Of a DNA stretch of 64,000 nucleotides, positions 47,411 through 58,405 are shown piece by piece (within the stretch, counting starts at the first letter, position 1; each line of letters starts with the position of its first letter). The notes under the pieces are model-generated. The model was given only the letters and a program-made list of their open reading frames with translations, was not told the origin of the DNA and did no database searches. Source of the stretch: Pachysolen tannophilus NRRL Y-2460 (taxonomy: Eukaryota); contig KV454011.1 in assembly GCA_001661245.1 (NCBI GenBank), positions 2,344,987 to 2,408,986 on the forward strand. Direction: 5' to 3'. Made by a program: the position numbers and the translations under genes.

Positions 47411-47668
47411 AACAACGTAAATACTTCCAAAAAGGGAAACTCGGATTTTTCACCAAAAAGTCAACCAAAACTAAAACTATTACAATCTATTCAGTTGATC
47501 TACTTGTTCTACTTGTCGTTATGTTCTGTTTGAGTTAACTATTTAAGTATATTAACATTTCTATATCTTATTTATACATTTTTAGATCTTTTTGTTTATT
47601 TTTTTTTCTTGGTGTTTGCAATTTTTTTTAGTTCAAAACATCATTGACTCAAAATATCTTTCTTTGAT

Positions 47669-48652
47669 TTAAGCATCTTTAACAGCAGCTTCGTGTAATT
47701 TTGCGTATCTACCTGATGGATCTTCATGACAACCCCAGTCGGCCTTTGGAATCCATCTCATGACAGTGGAAGCAGCAGCAGGTTGTGGGAACAACTCATC
47801 AAACATACATCTGTACCAGTAAGCTTCCTTTGTTGTTGGAATATCTGAACCCCAGTGTGGTTTTGGATTTTTCAATTGTTCATCTGAGATCAATCTTTCT
47901 GCTTCATCTTTTAAGCCATCAATCCATGAGTAACCAACCCCATCAGAAAATTGTTCTTTTTGTCTCCATAAGATTTCTTCTGGTAAATATGGTTTAACAG
48001 TTGGATCATCACTTGTATCAAATGCTTTTCTTAAAATATATTTTTCAATTCTCTTTTCTTGAGGTTTAATTAATTTTTCATTTGGATCAATGTTCATACA
48101 AACTTCCAAGAATTTTTTATCCAAAAATGGAACTCTTGCTTCTAATCCCCATGCCATTGTTGATTTATTGGCTCTTAAACAATCAGCCAAATGTAAGTTT
48201 TTAACTCTTTTAACACATTCAGTATGGAATTCATTAGCAGATGGAGCAGATCCAAAATACAAGTATCCACCAAAGATTTCATCTGAACCTTCACCAGATA
48301 AAACCATCTTTACACCTTGAGCTTTAATTTTTCTTGAAAGTAAATACATTGGAGTTGAAGCTCTAATAGTGGTAACATCATATGTTTCCAAATGATAGAT
48401 AACATCACGTAATGCATCTAAACCATCTTCTAATGTAAATGTATGTTCATGATGAATAGTTCCAATGAATTTTGCAACTTTTCTTGCAGCAATTAAATCT
48501 GGAGCACCAGGAAGTCCTATAGCAAAAGAATGTAATTTTGACCATCCATTTAGTATTAATTTACCATCATCATCAACTCCAGTTAAAGTATGAGTTGCAT
48601 CAACACTATCTTGATTTTGAGCAGATTCAGTTACAGAACATTCTGGTGTAAA
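47669..48652 (-). CDS. ASN1: Asparagine synthetase, C-terminal half (no own start codon)
   Basis: Open frame from 48652: (F)TPECS...[17 protein letters not shown]...[16 protein letters not shown]...SGEGSDE...[12 protein letters not shown]...EDPSGR. Confidence 0.9.
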   Translation of the reverse strand, partial: FTPECSVTESAQNQDSVDATHTLTGVDDDGKLILNGWSKLHSFAIGLPGAPDLIAARKVAKFIGTIHHEHTFTLEDGLDALRDVIYHLETYDVTTIRASTPMYLLSRKIKAQGVKMVLSGEGSDEIFGGYLYFGSAPSANEFHTECVKRVKNLHLADCLRANKSTMAWGLEARVPFLDKKFLEVCMNIDPNEKLIKPQEKRIEKYILRKAFDTSDDPTVKPYLPEEILWRQKEQFSDGVGYSWIDGLKDEAERLISDEQLKNPKPHWGSDIPTTKEAYWYRCMFDELFPQPAAASTVMRWIPKADWGCHEDPSGRYAKLHEAAVKDA

Positions 48653-48692
48653 TCACAGGCTTGATTACATAATAATTTTTTCTTTTTATATT

Positions 48693-48699
48693 TGACTCA
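48693..48699 (+). promoter_or_regulatory. Gcn4 site TGACTCA in the ASN1 promoter
   Basis: Perfect Gcn4 consensus about 225 bp upstream of the ASN1 ATG. Confidence 0.65.
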
Positions 48700-48923
48700 T
48701 TTTCGCTGTGTGAAATTTTTTTTTTTTCTTTTTTTTTCAGGTGAAGGTAGATTTGGACTATTTTTCAAAAGGTTATATTGAATAATAATATATATTTAAT
48801 AAGTAATTTAAGGTGAAAGGTATAAGGTATTATATATCTTTTATAGAATTTATTTTATTCACTGATATTTCATTTATAAAAGAACTAGTTTTCTTTTTTT
48901 ATCTTTATTTTTCAGTGTTATAA

Positions 48924-49709
48924 ATGTGTGGTATTTTTGCTGCTTTTAGGCAGCCAGATGTTGAAGAGTTTAAATCAAAAGCTTTACAATATTCCAAGAG
49001 AATTAGACATAGAGGTCCAGATTGGTCAGGTAACATTACTTTGAACTCTACTATTTTGTGTCATGAGAGATTAGCTATTGTTGGTTTAGATGCTGGTGCG
49101 CAGCCAATAACATCTAAGGATGGAGAATTAGCACTTACTGTTAATGGTGAGATTTATAATCATATTCAATTAAGAGAACAATTTAGTTCTTATCCATTTA
49201 AGAGTTTATCAGATTGTGAAACTATTATTCCATTATACCAGAAATATGATATTGATGCTCCAAAACATTTGGATGGTATGTTTGCATTTGTTTTATATGA
49301 TAAAAAACAAGATCGTATTATTGCAGCTAGAGATCCAATAGGTATTACAACTTTATATATGGGTAAAAATTCAAAAAAATCACAAACTGTTTATTTTGCA
49401 TCTGAATTAAAATGTCTTGTTGATGAATGTGATGAAATTATTGCATTTCCACCGGGTCATGTATATGATTCAAAAACTGATAAGTTGACTCGTTATTTCC
49501 AACCAACTTGGTGGGATGAAAATAAGATACCATCACAACCAGTTGATTATAAACTTGTAAGAGAAACTTTAGAAATGGCTGTTAGAAAAAGATTAATGGC
49601 TGAAGTTCCATATGGTGTATTATTATCAGGTGGTTTAGATTCTTCTTTAATTGCTTCTATTGCTGCAAGAGAAACTCTTAAAGCTGCTAATTACACGGTT
49701 ATGAATTAA
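48924..49709 (+). CDS. ASN1: Asparagine synthetase, N-terminal half (Ntn glutaminase plus start of synthetase domain)
   Basis: [46 protein letters not shown], then a premature stop. Confidence 0.92.
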   Translation: MCGIFAAFRQPDVEEFKSKALQYSKRIRHRGPDWSGNITLNSTILCHERLAIVGLDAGAQPITSKDGELALTVNGEIYNHIQLREQFSSYPFKSLSDCETIIPLYQKYDIDAPKHLDGMFAFVLYDKKQDRIIAARDPIGITTLYMGKNSKKSQTVYFASELKCLVDECDEIIAFPPGHVYDSKTDKLTRYFQPTWWDENKIPSQPVDYKLVRETLEMAVRKRLMAEVPYGVLLSGGLDSSLIASIAARETLKAANYTVMN

Positions 49710-49768
49710 TAACGACGACAACAACAACATGATAATAATAATAATAATAATAATATTATACCTATAAG

Positions 49769-49796
49769 TGACTCACTGTTGATAAGGATATGAGTC
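49769..49796. promoter_or_regulatory. Gcn4 sites (TGACTCA 49769-49775; TGAGTC 49791-49796) stranded beyond the inversion
   Basis: Consensus sites in what is now a 3'-3' gap; they would lie in the ASN1 promoter if the segment were re-inverted. Confidence 0.55.
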
Positions 49797-49954
49797 TTTC
49801 ATCCTGAAACATAAAAGAAAAAAGAAAAAAGTAAAAAGTAAAAAAAAATTTCATTATAAAAACCTACCAGTACCATCCATCATCATTAACCAAAAGAAAA
49901 GAAAAGAAAAGTTAAAAAAAAAAACCTAAAAACCGTCATATGCTTTATGCTCTA

Positions 49955-51136
49955 TCATTTCGCCGTTATAGTTGTCATTGTATCGGTGTTTGTGTTGGTG
50001 TCATGAACTATTACTAGTTTTTTTGTGGCATCATCAACTTGAATGCTTGGAATACTATTATCGTGTAAATGCAGTTGTTGAATTTGGTCTTTTCCTTGTT
50101 CTTGCAGTTCTCTTTGCCTTTTATTTTTAATAGATCCACCACTAAATAATATATCACCAATTTTTCTAAACCACAAGAACCTATTTATTCTGGAAAATTT
50201 ATCTAACCCCATACCATAATTATCATAAGCTTGTTTTAAATCTGATTGTGACAGTCCATGAATATCATTTCTAATAAGAAAATTTGCTTGATTCAGTTCA
50301 TTAGCATTAAATAATTGTAAACCAGTTGAAATAGATGCAATTGCAATTATTCCAATTAAAATTTGATACTTATTTTTTTCAAAATTTTCTTTATTAAATT
50401 CATTATTTTTATTATTTTTCATATTTTGAAAATCTTCCCAAGTACCTGCATAATAATAATTATGTTCTTTAAAATCTTGACCTGATTGGAAACTTGTTCT
50501 ATTTGAAGCAAAAGGTGAAGAATTTGGATAACCTCTTGAATAAGATGACATGTTGTTGGTAGAATTATTCGGATTTTTCGGTGGTGACTTCCATCCAATG
50601 TTATGATTATCATAAAGAGATTTTTTAGAAGGATTTTTCAACAATTGGTACGCACTTAATACAGTCTTGAATCTTTCACTTAATAACTCCGGCGTGTATT
50701 CTTTTAATTCTTTCTTCAATTCATTATTGATCGTATTACCTTCCTCCCGTGGCAGTTCCAATTCCAGTTGCAGTGGCAGTTGAAATTTCAAATGATTAGA
50801 ATCTGGATGGTAAAGCTTGGCAAATTTATAAAACAGTTTTTTCAATAACACAGGATCAAACTCGCTAGGACTAATATTAAACACCTCATATGGCGTAGGA
50901 TACAATTTCTTTGGCCATGCTTTTAAAAGTCTTAAATGTTCACGTTCGCGTTCCCGTTCACGTTCCCGTTCATGATTAACACTACCATTATCACCACCAT
51001 TATTGCAACTATTGCTATCAATACTATGAGCAAACCTATTTTGAATTAAAAATGGCCGATACATTCCAAAAAAATTAACTAGTCCATGACCATTCCCATG
51101 TCCATGACCATGACTTATCTGTCTTTTTGGAAACAT
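49955..51136 (-). CDS. JID1: Mitochondrial J-domain protein Jid1-like
   Basis: WPKKLYPTPYEVF, AKLYHPD, ERFKTVLSAYQLL, AGTWEDF, RINRFLWFR; near ARO7/YMC1. Confidence 0.8.
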   Translation of the reverse strand: MFPKRQISHGHGHGNGHGLVNFFGMYRPFLIQNRFAHSIDSNSCNNGGDNGSVNHEREREREREREHLRLLKAWPKKLYPTPYEVFNISPSEFDPVLLKKLFYKFAKLYHPDSNHLKFQLPLQLELELPREEGNTINNELKKELKEYTPELLSERFKTVLSAYQLLKNPSKKSLYDNHNIGWKSPPKNPNNSTNNMSSYSRGYPNSSPFASNRTSFQSGQDFKEHNYYYAGTWEDFQNMKNNKNNEFNKENFEKNKYQILIGIIAIASISTGLQLFNANELNQANFLIRNDIHGLSQSDLKQAYDNYGMGLDKFSRINRFLWFRKIGDILFSGGSIKNKRQRELQEQGKDQIQQLHLHDNSIPSIQVDDATKKLVIVHDTNTNTDTMTTITAK

Positions 51137-51271
51137 CTTCAACAAAATCCAAAACTAAACAAAATAACAATTATTAAAAATCTAGTATAATTTGGGTCAT
51201 ATCTTGACCCAAATTATACCGATATACCATATTTTTTAGTTTGTCTTTTAACTGCACTACCTTTTTGTTTT

Positions 51272-51302
<31 letters not shown>

Positions 51303-51933
51303 TTGGATCTTTAATTTTTAATGACCAAATTTGGTCAAATTTGGTCATATAATGAACCTGTCCGAATCGGGAAACCGATGAGGTCTTATCTCTTCTTTTA
51401 TATGTGAAAGAACAGATCAAAAGTATCTATAGAATAAGTTAAAGTAAACAGCGTACATTTTTTTGGTTTTTCTTTTTCTCTTTCTTTTTCTTTCCCCCTT
51501 TTTTTTTTTCTTGGTTGTAGTATCTCAATTATAGATCTGTATCATTGGCTTATCTTTGGTCAGTTTCTGGTGTTGCCAGTAGTCCAGATTCATTAGAATT
51601 GTTTTTCTTTATATATATATATATATATATAAAAAAAGGTGTTTTATTTTTTGTTTTTGTACAAACAATTTAGATTAAAAAAAATTAGCGCGCATCTAAA
51701 ATTTAGATATACAAACATTAGCGTTATCGTTTGCATTATCGTTCTCATCAGTATTAGTGTTAGCGCTAATATCATTATCATTATTATCTTTATTTTTTAT
51801 ATCCAATAGATTCTTGGTTGGTTAATTGTTTGCTGGTATTTGGTTTTTGAATTTTATTAAAATATTTTGGTTGGCGGTAGTTTAAGTGGTTTCAACATTA
51901 TTTAGATAAAGAGCATTTTTTGAAAAAAAAATA

Positions 51934-53928
51934 ATGTCAATAACTTCCCCTACACATAGAGAAAACTTGAGAAATGGGAATGTTACTCCAATATCTGATT
52001 TGCAAAAAATTGGTTCATCGGCACTGATAAATTCAGCTTCATCATCTTCACCAGCGCATACTTTGAAGTCATCGGCTCATGGAGTGTACCAACCACATCC
52101 ATTACGTCCTTCAAATAGATCATATTCTTTGAGCAAAGTATCTTCATCTTCTGCAAGTTCTCCATCTTCTCTTTCGACTGCTCTTAGTGGTTTCAATCAT
52201 GACAATAATAATATAGATGAATCATTTTCATCACAACAGCCTCCTATACATCAAGTGACTCAGGTACTTCAAGTTGATCCACCTGTTATTGAACCTTTCT
52301 CTGATAGCATGGGGCTTTCACATTCATCAATTGAAACAAATAAGAATAACATTATCACGGGTGATCAATTGCTGGTTAACAATTATGAAACTGAAACTGA
52401 AAATGAAATTGAAACTGAAACTGAAACTTTTGGTAGAATCTGCTCAGTTGATCAAAATGTAACCGGTCAAAGCCAGGTAACAAATCCAATCAGTAATAAT
52501 AATACTAGCTTTAATTCACCAATTTCTTATCTGTCTTTAGTACTATCAAGAAATTTAAATTCAAGAAGTCGTACAAGTATCAATGGTTTAAATGGATTAA
52601 GTGCAACTATTTCTCCAACTTTTACAATTTCAAATAGTTATAGCGATGTTTCTCATTCTTTAGTTGCTCAACAATTGGGTGATAATTCTAATTCTTTATT
52701 ACCCAAGTTGAAAACTATCGAATTATATAAGCAAAATGCAAGGAAATCTCATGATCCAGAAGTTCTATACGAATATGCACGTTATATGTTAAATACTGCA
52801 TTGTTTATAGATGTTGAATCTGAAGATGTCATTGTTATTGATGAGGAAAAACCTATATCAAGAGATTCTACAGGAATTCATGGAAGAGGCAAATCTGTTA
52901 CATCTTTATTAAATTCTCTTAATATAAATGAAGGTGGTGATGAAGAAATTGAAATGGATTATAAGGTTAGTCTTTCTTTTGAAGAAAAAATTAAATTGAA
53001 AAAACAATTTTTAAAAGAAGCAATCCATTATTTGAGAAAATTAAGCGATAGAGGATTTTCCGATGCTCAATATCTACTTGCAGATGCATATTCTTCTGGA
53101 GCATTGGGGAAAGTTGATCATAAAGAAGCTTTCCCATTGTTTCAAGCAGCAGCAAAGCATGGTCATGTTGAATCATCTTATAGAACCTCATATTGTTTTG
53201 AAGAAGGTTTAGGTACACATAGGGATTCAAGGAAAGCTTTGGAATTTTTGAAGTATGCAGCTAGTAAAAATCATCCTTCTGCAATGTATAAGATGGGAGT
53301 TTATTCTTTTTATGCAAGAATGGGATTACCTAATAATATAACCACTAAAAAAGATGGTATTAAATGGTTAAAAAGAGCTGTTGAAAGTGCAAATGAATTA
53401 ATTGCATCAGCACCTTATGAATTGGGGAAAATTGAATATGAAGGTTTCCAAGATATTGTTATTCCAGATAAGATTTATGCCTTAGATTTATATAGACTTG
53501 CTGCTTCATTAGGACATATTCCATCTGCACTGATATTGGGACGTGAATATGAATTAGGTGAAGTTGTACCTCAAGATCCAGCATTATCAATACATTATTA
53601 CACAATGGCATCACTGGGAGGTGATTCTGAATCAATGTTAGGCTTATGTGGTTGGTTTATGGTTGGTACTGATAGATTAGAGAAAAATGAAAAAACACTG
53701 TTTGAATGGGCAGTTAAAGCAGCAGAGGTAGGACTACCAAAAGCACAATTTGCTGTAGGACATTTCTTGGAAAAGGGAATTGGGTGTGGAATGAATAGCG
53801 ATAATGCTAATATGTGGTTTGTTAAAGCTGCTGATAATGGGAATGAAAGAGCAGTACAGAGGTTAAAAGGTACTACATTTGAAAAAAAGGATGAAAAGAA
53901 AAAATGGGTAAAGAAAAGGTTTAAATAA
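51934..53928 (+). CDS. SKT5: Sel1-repeat chitin synthase activator (Skt5/Chs4/Shc1 family)
   Basis: KTIELYKQNARKSHDPEVLYEYA, AQYLLADAYSSGA, AAKHGHVES, SIHYYTMA. Confidence 0.8.
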   Translation: MSITSPTHRENLRNGNVTPISDLQKIGSSALINSASSSSPAHTLKSSAHGVYQPHPLRPSNRSYSLSKVSSSSASSPSSLSTALSGFNHDNNNIDESFSSQQPPIHQVTQVLQVDPPVIEPFSDSMGLSHSSIETNKNNIITGDQLLVNNYETETENEIETETETFGRICSVDQNVTGQSQVTNPISNNNTSFNSPISYLSLVLSRNLNSRSRTSINGLNGLSATISPTFTISNSYSDVSHSLVAQQLGDNSNSLLPKLKTIELYKQNARKSHDPEVLYEYARYMLNTALFIDVESEDVIVIDEEKPISRDSTGIHGRGKSVTSLLNSLNINEGGDEEIEMDYKVSLSFEEKIKLKKQFLKEAIHYLRKLSDRGFSDAQYLLADAYSSGALGKVDHKEAFPLFQAAAKHGHVESSYRTSYCFEEGLGTHRDSRKALEFLKYAASKNHPSAMYKMGVYSFYARMGLPNNITTKKDGIKWLKRAVESANELIASAPYELGKIEYEGFQDIVIPDKIYALDLYRLAASLGHIPSALILGREYELGEVVPQDPALSIHYYTMASLGGDSESMLGLCGWFMVGTDRLEKNEKTLFEWAVKAAEVGLPKAQFAVGHFLEKGIGCGMNSDNANMWFVKAADNGNERAVQRLKGTTFEKKDEKKKWVKKRFK

Positions 53929-53971
53929 GTTTGCTTCACTCAACATATTCTCTTAAATTTTTTGATGATTC

Positions 53972-54005
<34 letters not shown>

Positions 54006-54119
54006 TATATTTTCTAGCTTTGTGTTAAAAGGTAAATTAATAATTGTTATTTTATATTTGTAAGGCAAATAGTAAACACAACAACAAGAAAGAAAGAAAA
54101 AAAAAAGTTAGCTTTTAAA

Positions 54120-54201
54120 CGTCACAGACAGGATTCGAACCTGCGCATGCAGAGCACAACGCCTTAGCAGGGCGTCGCCTTAACCACTCGGCCACTGGGA
54201 C
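54120..54201 (-). tRNA. tRNA-Ser(GCU), intronless
   Basis: Reverse complement GTCCCAGTGGCCGAGTGGTTAAGGCGACGCCCT-GCT-AAGGCGTT...long variable arm...GGTTCGAATCCTGTCTGTGACG. Confidence 0.95.
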
Positions 54202-54643
54202 GAACAAAACGGCTCTTTTGCTCTCAATTCTCTTCATATACTGTAATATATTATTCTGTATTCTATATTCTTTTTTGGTTGTACAGAAGGACGGAGATAA
54301 AAACGAGAAAGACAGATTCCTCCTGTTTTAATTCAAGCTTATCTAAATCCCAATCCCAATTTCAATCATGATCCCATTTATTCAAACTAAAATTTAAAAT
54401 TAGAAAAGAATTAGAAATTATAATATTTGTATCTTTCTCTTTTTTTCTTTTGTTGTTTCGATGTGTTATCTAACTTTGAATTTGATTTCAACGGCCAAAA
54501 ACAGAAGTAAAAGTATAGGAAGAAAAAAATAAACCATAGAAAAAATATATACATATATATTTATATATAAATATACATAATTCAGTAGTAGAAAAGAGAA
54601 TCTTGTTGGGAACGATTTATAATCTTTAAGGAAAGAGTTGAGT

Positions 54644-55423
54644 ATGGATTTTATGAAACCTGAGACAGTTCTTAATCTTGGTAATATTCGTGATGCGTTA
54701 GTAAGGATGGAAGATACTATTGTTTTCAATTTTATTGAAAGATCACAATTTTATTCATCACCTTCGGTTTATGAGATTGATAAATTTGAGATTCCTGATT
54801 TTGTTGGAGGATCATTTTTAGATTGGACAATGTTACAATTAGAAAAATTACAATCTCAGATAAGAAGATTTGAAGCACCAGATGAGTTACCATTTTTCCC
54901 TAAAGAAATTTTGAAAAGTTTTTTACCACCAATTGGTTATCCTAATGTATTAGCTTCTTATTCAACTGAAATAAATTTTAATGATGAAATTAAAAAATTT
55001 TATATACAAGATATAGTACCATTAATCAGTTGTGGTGAAGGTGAACAACCAGAAAATTTAGGATCTACATGTACAGCAGATATTGAATGTTTACAATCTT
55101 TATCAAGAAGAATACATTTTGGGAAATTTGTTGCAGAAGCAAAATTTCAATCAGAAAAAGAATTATTTATTAAATTAATAAAGGAAAAAAATGTTAAAGG
55201 TTTAGAAGATGCTATAACAAATAGTGTTGTTGAAGAAAAAATTTTACAAAGATTAGTTGAAAAGGGTAAAGCTTATGGAGTTGATCCAAGTTTAAAATAT
55301 TCACAAAATCCTCAAAGTAAAGTTAATCCAGAAATTATTGCTGTTATTTATAAAAAATGGATAATTCCCTTGACTAAAAAAGTAGAAATTGATTATTTAT
55401 TAAGAAGATTAGAATGCGAATAA
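54644..55423 (+). CDS. ARO7: Chorismate mutase
   Basis: MDFMKPETVLNLGNIRDALVRMED, LQSLSRRIHFGKFVAEAKF, TKKVEIDYLLRRL. Confidence 0.97.
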   Translation: MDFMKPETVLNLGNIRDALVRMEDTIVFNFIERSQFYSSPSVYEIDKFEIPDFVGGSFLDWTMLQLEKLQSQIRRFEAPDELPFFPKEILKSFLPPIGYPNVLASYSTEINFNDEIKKFYIQDIVPLISCGEGEQPENLGSTCTADIECLQSLSRRIHFGKFVAEAKFQSEKELFIKLIKEKNVKGLEDAITNSVVEEKILQRLVEKGKAYGVDPSLKYSQNPQSKVNPEIIAVIYKKWIIPLTKKVEIDYLLRRLECE

Positions 55424-55541
55424 TTTTTCAAATATTTATTATATATATATATATATATTAAGAAAAAAAAAAAAAATTAGCATTTACAATTTATTTTAAA
55501 GTTTCATCAATCTATATTTATATAAGAGTTTTTTATATACA

Positions 55542-56468
55542 TTAATCAAGTAATCTCATAGTTAATTCGAAAACTTGGAAAGTAATTGCATTAGCAGGAG
55601 CAGCTCTTAATAATGTTGGAACAAAACCTTTGAAAAAACCTCTATACCCTGTAGTTTTATAAATATCTTTAATTACATGTAATGAAGTTTTATATTTTGG
55701 ATTATTTAAATTATCACTTTGTAATTTTGTCTTTATAACATCAATTGGATAAGCAGTACACCACATTGAATAACCAGCAGTTGCACCAAATAAACATAAT
55801 TTCCAACTTGGTATTTCCTTTCTTGAAATATTATTTTTCACCATATCATTTTTAATTAAAGCTTCAAAAGTCATAAAATATATACCAATACCATGACCTT
55901 CTCTTATTAATGTAGGAAAAATACCTTTAAATATTCCTCTTGTTCCATTTTTCTGATAAATTTTTTTAAAACAATCTAGTGGTCCATTAAATTGTTTAGT
56001 GTTTATATTTCCTGTTTGTATTTGTAACTTGATTCTAATTAATTCAATAGGTGAAGCTAATAAACCATTAGCAAGACCAGCAGCTCCACCACAAAGATAA
56101 TATTCCATTGAACTTAAAGGAGTATTCGGAGCTAATCCTTTCTTAGCATGATAACTTGAAAAAAATCTCTTCATAAATTCATTCACACCAAATTGAATTG
56201 AAACACATGCTCCAATACCAACTAAAGGTGTTAAAGTACCTTTATAAAAACCTAATATACCTTCATTTTTTAAAAGTTGTTTAATAACTTCAATTGGACC
56301 AGAATAATTCCCTTCAACCAACCGGACCTTCGTCGTATCAAAAGGCATCCCAGTTAAAACTTGAGCAACACCAGCCATCGTCCCAGAAAACAAATCTTTT
56401 GCAATTCTCTTTGGGTCCGACTCAGGTTTCGAATCAATCAATTGTGTTGCAACCTCTTCAGCTGACAT
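55542..56468 (-). CDS. YMC1: Mitochondrial carrier Ymc1/Ymc2 type
   Basis: Three PX[DE]XX[KR] repeats; GFYKGTLTPLVGIGACVSIQFGVNE; adjacent to ARO7. Confidence 0.85.
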   Translation of the reverse strand: MSAEEVATQLIDSKPESDPKRIAKDLFSGTMAGVAQVLTGMPFDTTKVRLVEGNYSGPIEVIKQLLKNEGILGFYKGTLTPLVGIGACVSIQFGVNEFMKRFFSSYHAKKGLAPNTPLSSMEYYLCGGAAGLANGLLASPIELIRIKLQIQTGNINTKQFNGPLDCFKKIYQKNGTRGIFKGIFPTLIREGHGIGIYFMTFEALIKNDMVKNNISRKEIPSWKLCLFGATAGYSMWCTAYPIDVIKTKLQSDNLNNPKYKTSLHVIKDIYKTTGYRGFFKGFVPTLLRAAPANAITFQVFELTMRLLD

Positions 56469-56941
56469 GATCAATTAATTTTACTTTCTTAATTCCACAA
56501 AAACAAAAAAAAAAGAAAAAAAAGCAAAAAAAAGTTATCACCTGAAAACTTAAAAGGCCCTCAAACCCTTATCTAACTTTTAAACAAACTCAACTAATAC
56601 AACTTTATATACTTTAATGACTAACAACATCAAACTCATTGAACACTTTTTTAGCCGTATATTTTGACTAGTTTTTTATGAAAAATTTCATGTAGTGTGC
56701 ACAATACAAATTTCCCAAAAAGGTAATTTTTTTCTTTTCTTTTTTTTCTTTTTTTTTTTCTTTTTTTTTTTTTTTTATTTTGAAAGTTTCTTTTTACCAA
56801 GCCAGAAAGAAATCTTTATAAATACATTTTATTATTTCTTTTTTGTTTTTTTTTTGAAATAGTTTTAATTGATTGTAAATTGGTATTTAGAGAAGAAAGG
56901 TGTGTTATAAAGAGGTTGGTTAAAGGTTGAAGTTAGATATA

Positions 56942-57754
56942 ATGCCTGCACATAATAGTCGAAAGGAAGAAGGCGGTGTTGCGGGTGCGAAACGCCAGGA
57001 ATATAGCGGTAAAGATACTAGTAGTAGTCATAATAAAGATATATCGAAATTGAAGCAACAAAAACATGATAATTCTGTTATTTCAAAAGTAAAGAGAATC
57101 ACGTCTTGCTCTTCGATTCAGTCATTGTCCAATAATAATATCAATAGGGATTTTTTTTCAGATCAAATTAGGCCAGCACCTGAAACTACATCTTTTTTAA
57201 AACCTGGTTCAAATTTCATTGGTTGTCAACAATCTGGAAGATCGACTTATGAAGTGTCTGTTGAATTGAAAGAAGTTGATTTATCGAAATCCGAATTATC
57301 TGGGTTTTTAACGATTGAAGGTTTAACAGAGGATCATCCTGAAATTACTACTTTTTTCAAAGCTGAAATTGTTGGTCCTCATTATTCATTTTTCACAAAT
57401 CATGATTCTTGGGGAGCCACTCATAAGATTGATTTACAGCATTGGTCAAGATTCCCAAGTTGGCGGAATTTGGAGATAAATTTTGAAAATGATTTACAAA
57501 ATGTTGATTTTTATAATGATAATTTTAATCAAGAATATGTTTATATGAGATGGAAAGAAATGTTTTTAGTTCCTGATGCGAAAGTCACAGATATAAGAGG
57601 AGCCTCGTTTGCAGGATTCTACTATATATGCTTCAATCAATTAACGGGATCCATAAGTGGATTGTATTTCCATAACGCTTCTGAAAGATTCCAGCAGTTG
57701 GAATTATGTCATGTTCCAGACTCGGGTTGTTTTGAAAGTTTTGAATATCAATAA
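56942..57754 (+). CDS. VID24: GID complex Pro/N-recognin Gid4/Vid24
   Basis: SFLKPGSNFIGCQQSG, DLQHWSRFP, MRWKEMFL, GASFAGFYYICF, FQQLEL. Confidence 0.9.
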   Translation: MPAHNSRKEEGGVAGAKRQEYSGKDTSSSHNKDISKLKQQKHDNSVISKVKRITSCSSIQSLSNNNINRDFFSDQIRPAPETTSFLKPGSNFIGCQQSGRSTYEVSVELKEVDLSKSELSGFLTIEGLTEDHPEITTFFKAEIVGPHYSFFTNHDSWGATHKIDLQHWSRFPSWRNLEINFENDLQNVDFYNDNFNQEYVYMRWKEMFLVPDAKVTDIRGASFAGFYYICFNQLTGSISGLYFHNASERFQQLELCHVPDSGCFESFEYQ

Positions 57755-58405
57755 TAATAACAAATTAAAAATTCTGTTTTATGTTTCTTTTTTTCTCTTT
57801 TTTCTTTGCTTTGTTTTGTTTTGGTGTCATTTTGTTGTTTTTTTTTCTTGATGTTTAATTTTTGGTTGTTTATATACATATATATATATGTATATATATA
57901 TATATTTGGTTGGTATTAATGTTCATTCTCTATTGCCTAGTATTTTGTTTTGTTTTTTTGTTTTTTCTTGCAGTTGTTTCATTACTTCATGGGCTCCATC
58001 TGCTTTCAACAGGTTGTGCTATATACATATATACAGATAAATATATAAATATCATGTTTTATCGTCTTCTTCTCTCAAAATCAGTTAATAACTTTTAAAT
58101 GTGAGTCTCTGCGGCGCTAAATAAAAATCGAAGAGGACAAAAAAAAAACTTACCGCCGCACGATGTAGGTGCATACTTTTATCACTTTATACATATTTTT
58201 GCAATGTAATCTTTGTGTAACACATTTGATTACTGGTATTATGATGGATTTGACAGGAATTGGAATGATTATATAGTTTTAGTTTGTTTTTTTTTTAAAA
58301 GTATTTATTTCACAGTTTCTTTTCCATTCTTGAGAGCTTTTTTTCCATAAGAAAAAAATAATAGTAATAAGCATTTATTTTTTTTTTCTTCAAAAGAGTA
58401 TAAAG

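Noticed and set aside
47669..49709. ASN1 halves as two independently expressed subunits, or joined by cis-/trans-splicing
   Set aside because: The C-half has no ATG until about 100 residues into conserved sequence, and no donor, branch or acceptor signals lie at the junctions.
54120..54201. Possible reassigned CAG-anticodon tRNA
   Set aside because: The anticodon reads GCT, with a normal Ser body.
58100..58230. URS1/MSE-like sites upstream of SMK1
   Set aside because: Only imperfect matches (TACCGCCG, ACACAAAG); not supportable.
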